From assembly GCA_965603825.1 (NCBI GenBank), contig CBFDEM010000030.1, forward strand, positions 248,001-312,000: a stretch of DNA of 64,000 nucleotides, written 5' to 3'. The notes beneath the pieces were generated by a model. It was not told the origin of the DNA. It made no database searches and saw only the letters and a program-made list of their open reading frames with translations. How positions within the stretch are numbered: the first letter of the stretch is position 1; each line of letters begins with the position of its first letter. Positions 59,583-64,000 of the stretch are shown piece after piece. A program made the translations under genes and the position numbers. This DNA comes from Blepharisma stoltei ATCC 30299 (taxonomy: Eukaryota; Protista; Ciliophora).

Positions 59583-62500
59583 ATGAATAACCTAAACAAT
59601 TATAAGAGTTTTGAAGCAGAATCAGACTCTGGAGATTGCCTACGTCTTCTATTCATCAAGCGTAACAAAGCCAAAGAAGCTCTAATGTACACATGGTTTA
59701 TCCTTTCATTTGGCCTCTTTTATATTCTGCACATCTGAATTGTGAAATTTCAGCTTCTGAGTTTTGACATCTGCGCACCTTATGAAGCAACCCATGTAGT
59801 GGTCACAGCCAAAGACCGCTCAAGAGCGATTCGGGACATAACCCCGCTTGAAGTCCCTTTATCAGCTTTAGACCCGAACCAAGCAGACCATACAATTTTA
59901 CTTCAAGTAATTATCATATAGACATTTACGTTTAGATTTATCCGGTATTACTTTTCAATGCAGTCTCATACATTTTCAGCGCTAAAATATAGCTGTGCAT
60001 TGCCTTGTAAGGATGTCCATGAAAAATTAGGGGAAGGTATCACATCTGATGCCCAATATCAAGGAAAGTTAAGAATTTTTGGGGCTTGCCTTATAGATGT
60101 CCCTATGCCCACAATATGAGAATTATTATATAGGGAAATTTTGCATCCTTTTTTTATATTTCAAGTTTTCAGTATTGTTCTGTGGTGCGTGGAAAAATAT
60201 TTTCTATATTCTTTGACGATTTTGATTTTATCAGTTGTCTCAGTGCTTTCTAATTTATTTGAGACAAAAAGAAACATTAAAGCTGTTCGAGAAATGGCTC
60301 TGTATGAGTGTATGATAAATGTGAAAAGAGAAAATAAATGGATTGTTGCGAATAGCACCCAGCTGGTACCTGGAGATTTGATAGAAATCCCAGAAAATAT
60401 TTATTTGCCGTGTGACGTTGTGCTATTAAGTGGAATTGTTTTAGTGGATGAATCAATGCTAACTGGGGAATCCCAGCCTGTTCTTAAAGACCCGCTACCT
60501 AAAGGTTCCCCGCAAATTTATAGAGGAGACAAGCGACATACTTTAAGCTCTGGCACCAAGCCCCTAAACTGCCGTGGAAACTCTTATGGGATTGTAATTG
60601 CTACTGGCTTTTCAACAGCTAAAGGCGAGCTTGTCAGATCAATTCTTTTCCCAAAACCAAACAGATTTAAGTTTATCTCAGAAACCTTCAAATATATCGG
60701 AATGATGGGAATTTTGGCTATTTTGGGATTTTTTTATTGCCTGGGTACTTTTATGGAAGAAAATATCCCTGTTGTTAATATAATTTTGCTATCCCTTGAT
60801 TTAATAACTATTGCAGTTCCCCCTGCTCTGCCTTTAGCAATGACTATAGGTACTACTTTTGCAATTAATAGGCTGAAGAAAAAGAATGTAAACTGCATAT
60901 CCCCTCACGCTGTAAATCCAGCTGGCCGAGTCTCTATCATATGTTTTGATAAGACAGGAACTTTAACAGAGGACCACATGACTTTAAAAGGCGTTTATGA
61001 TGCCTCAACCAACAAAATAGAAAGCAATTTAGATAACTGTGTGTCGATTTTGCAAGAAAGTATGGCGACTTGCCATTCTTTGACCACAATTAATGGAGAA
61101 ATGTATGGAGACCCTCAAGAAATAGCGATTTTTAGAAGCATTGGTTGGGAGTCTAAAGAAAGAGATGGGATTAGAAGTGTAATTAGAAATGATGGTGATG
61201 AAATAAAGATTAAGCATTTATTTCACTTTTCTCAAATTACCAAACGGATGGGTGTTATTATAGAAGCTGAAAATCAGCTGAAACTGCATTTAAAAGGCGC
61301 CCCTGAAGAAATTTGTAAACTTTGTGCAAGTTTACCTGAAAATATTTCGCACACCATTTTGCATTTTTCTAGACAAGGGTATAGACTATTAGCCTGCGCC
61401 TATAAAAATATAGAGAGCTATAGTAGCGATCAACAGCTTGGTGAAATTGAAAATGACTTAATATTTCTTGGTCTTATTTTATTACAAAATGAATTAAAGC
61501 CTGACTCAACTGATGTGATAGGAACCCTTCAAAGTGCAAGGGTCCGATGTGTAATGTCTACAGGAGATGCTATTCTTACTGGTTCTGCAGTTGGAAAATT
61601 ATGTGGGATCATCCCTGGAGACTCACCAGTATTTTTAGGTGATATTAACGGAGAGCACATAGTATGAGAAGATGAAGAAGGCGACCCTAAAGATTGAACT
61701 GACATAACCGGAATTTGTTGCTTATCAATCACAGGGAATTTATTAGAATTTTTAATTTATTCTTCGCATCCTTCTTTACCTTATGTTTTATCAAAAGGAG
61801 CTGTATTTGGAAGAATGTCTCCCCAGCAAAAAATCATGCTGGTTGAGCAAATGCAAAAAGACGACACCCTTGTAGCTATGGTAGGCGATGGCGCCAATGA
61901 CTGTGGAGCCTTAAAAGGAGCTGATGTAGGGCTGAGTCTCAGTGAAGCTGAAGCATCAATTGCTGCACCGTTTAGCTCAAAAGACCTAAGAGGGATTATA
62001 GAAATTTTAAAAGAAGGCAGAGCTTCTCTGGTAACGTGCTTCCAAAGCTTTAAGTTCATTACGATGTATAGTATGATTCAATTTTTGTGCGTAATGATTC
62101 TCTATACTCTTCATAATAGCTTGCAAGATGCTCAATTTCTTTATCAAGATTTATTTATGATACTGCCTCTTGCTATTTTTATGGCTTATACTGCAGCTTA
62201 TAATTATTTATCGCCAGTAATGCCGCCTGGAGCTTTGATTTCGGTACCTGTAGTCTCATCAATTTTAGGACAAATTTTGATATCTTTAACCATGCTGATT
62301 ACAGGATACTTGACAGTTCATCATCAAGACTGGTTTGTCCCCACTGAAAGTACAGTAGAGCACCCAAAGCAAGGTCCAGAAAATACTGTTTTGTTCATTT
62401 TGGCTTCAACACAAATTCTGATTGTATGCATGAGCTTCAGCATAGGGCCGCCTTACAGACAGCCAGCATATGCAAACTACTGGTTCAGTAGCTGTGTAGT

Positions 62501-62711
62501 TATTGTTTGGGTAATAAGCGTGTATTTTACTCTTACACCTGACACATTTACAAGGAAATTATTAGCGATTTATGATATGCCTATGGACTTCAAAGAGAAA
62601 CTCTTGGGGATTATGTTTGCGAATTTAGTTATAGCATGGGCTTATGAGAAACTTGGTGTGAGAGTAATAATGTATTGCTTTAAGAAAATAAAGGAAAGGG
62701 GAACTGATTAA
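59583..62711 (+). CDS. P5B-type ATPase (ATP13A2-5-like)
   Basis: HPFFIFQ, TGES, PPALP, DKTGT, KGAPE, TGD, GDGANDC; intron 59907-59921. Confidence 0.93.
59907..59921 (+). other. 15-nt intron GTAATTATCATATAG
   Basis: GT-AG with in-frame TAG. Confidence 0.85.
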
Positions 62712-63114
62712 TATGAATATTAATTTATTAGTATTAGCTATTAATTTCCTTTCGTCCGATATTTTAAGCTTTCTATAATTGCTAAAACTTCTTAAACATA
62801 GTAAACTCCTTCATTATTCCAAAAACCTCGCCATTTCTTTTGCAGTCTATCTTATTCCATTAGTTCTATTTTTGCTTCTAAATATGAAACTTATAAAACA
62901 AGACCAAAAATTCGTTTTGTGTGAAACGGATATTTCAGATTCTCATAAAAAATATGGACTATTATAATTAGGCTTTAGAAAGCCTTTTTGATATGATAAC
63001 ATTCCATCTTATGGCTAGTAATAATTCTTGATCAGTCTCAAAATTTATATCAAGCAGAAATTTTATTTAAATTTAATTTTATCTATCTTTAATTGCTTCT
63101 GTAATATTTAATAA

Positions 63115-64000
63115 ATGTCCATTAATGCCAACTTCTCTCAAGCACTAGTAGTTTTAGAAAGCCATAACAACGTATTCATAAAATTCAAAAGACCAGCAAG
63201 GCTAAATTCTTGGAACTCAGAAATGACACATGTAGTTAGTTATATTATTAATAGAGCTGCCAAAGAAAAGCAAAATATAATATTTTATGGAGAAGGCAGA
63301 GCGTTTTCGGCTGGTTGCGATATTCTTGGAATTGCGAAAGGAAATATTGTGCCAAGTGAAATTTTTAGATACGAAGTAGAAACTCTATTACAGTTGACGA
63401 GGTTAGAAACTCATACAGTCGCTTTGATGAACGGGATTACTATGGGAGCAGGAGCAGGACTTGCATGGGGCTGCTCTATAAGGGTATCCACACCTAACAC
63501 TGTGTGGGCAATGCCTGAGACCTCAATAGGATTTTGCCCTGATGTAGGTGCTTCGTATTTTTTAAATAAAGTGAACCCGCCTGAGCTGGGTCTTTATTTG
63601 CAGTTGACTGGAGAAAAATTGAATGGAGTTGATTGCTATTTGTTTGGGTTTTCACATTACCACATTGAAGAAAAACTTGAAAAAGTTAGAAAAGAAATCT
63701 TTTTAGGGGAAGATATCGTAAAAGTATTTGAAAAATATCACATAGAGCCTGATACCGAAAAGTCTACAATTATGCCTGTGTTAAAAGATCTGAGAGAGTG
63801 CTTTAACATTTATCACAGCCTTGAGTTTATTATTTATAAACTTAAAGAAAAAAATACACCTTGGAGCTTAAGGATTTATTCTAAGCTTCAAAAATTATGC
63901 CCGCTGTCTTTGAGAGTAGCTTATGAGTCTTTTAGAAGAGGAAGAAACCTTAGTTATATGGACTGCCTAAAAATGGAATATAACTTAGGAGTACAGATGA
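63115..64000 (+). CDS. HIBCH: 3-hydroxyisobutyryl-CoA hydrolase-like crotonase (runs off the window)
   Basis: RAFSAGCD, MNGITMGAGAGL, AMPETSIGFCPDVG; not in the ORF track because it has no stop inside the window. Confidence 0.88.
   Translation, partial: MSINANFSQALVVLESHNNVFIKFKRPARLNSWNSEMTHVVSYIINRAAKEKQNIIFYGEGRAFSAGCDILGIAKGNIVPSEIFRYEVETLLQLTRLETHTVALMNGITMGAGAGLAWGCSIRVSTPNTVWAMPETSIGFCPDVGASYFLNKVNPPELGLYLQLTGEKLNGVDCYLFGFSHYHIEEKLEKVRKEIFLGEDIVKVFEKYHIEPDTEKSTIMPVLKDLRECFNIYHSLEFIIYKLKEKNTPWSLRIYSKLQKLCPLSLRVAYESFRRGRNLSYMDCLKMEYNLGVQM

Noticed and set aside
1-64000. Many short ORFs suggesting mass pseudogenisation or selenoproteins
   Set aside because: The fragments are in frame and split at TGA codons that sit at conserved Trp positions, so this is a code reassignment.

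Overview
Eukaryotic, AT-rich, gene-dense DNA from a heterotrich ciliate, most likely Blepharisma (somatic/macronuclear type). TGA reads as Trp, TAA/TAG are stops, and introns are 15-16 nt GT-AG. The supplied ORF track is therefore fragmented; re-reading by hand gives about 36 genes. Highlights: (1) a head-to-head pair of an intact ketosynthase and a catalytically altered, chain-length-factor-like paralog (54077-56835), a candidate eukaryotic type II PKS core that may relate to the aromatic polyketide pigment blepharismin; (2) a 4.9 kb APE-RT non-LTR retrotransposon with an 11-bp TSD, a (TAATCC)n tail, a fused ORF1-ORF2 frame and only TGA Trp codons; (3) a 7-member B-box-like/coiled-coil/NLS(/Kelch) gene array around that element, with one member carrying a Trp-repeat platform and one interrupted by a TA-bounded IES-like insert; (4) a recurrent ATCCGTTT motif next to start codons; (5) several apparent pseudo-enzymes. 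All calls come from manual reading; no database searches were run.
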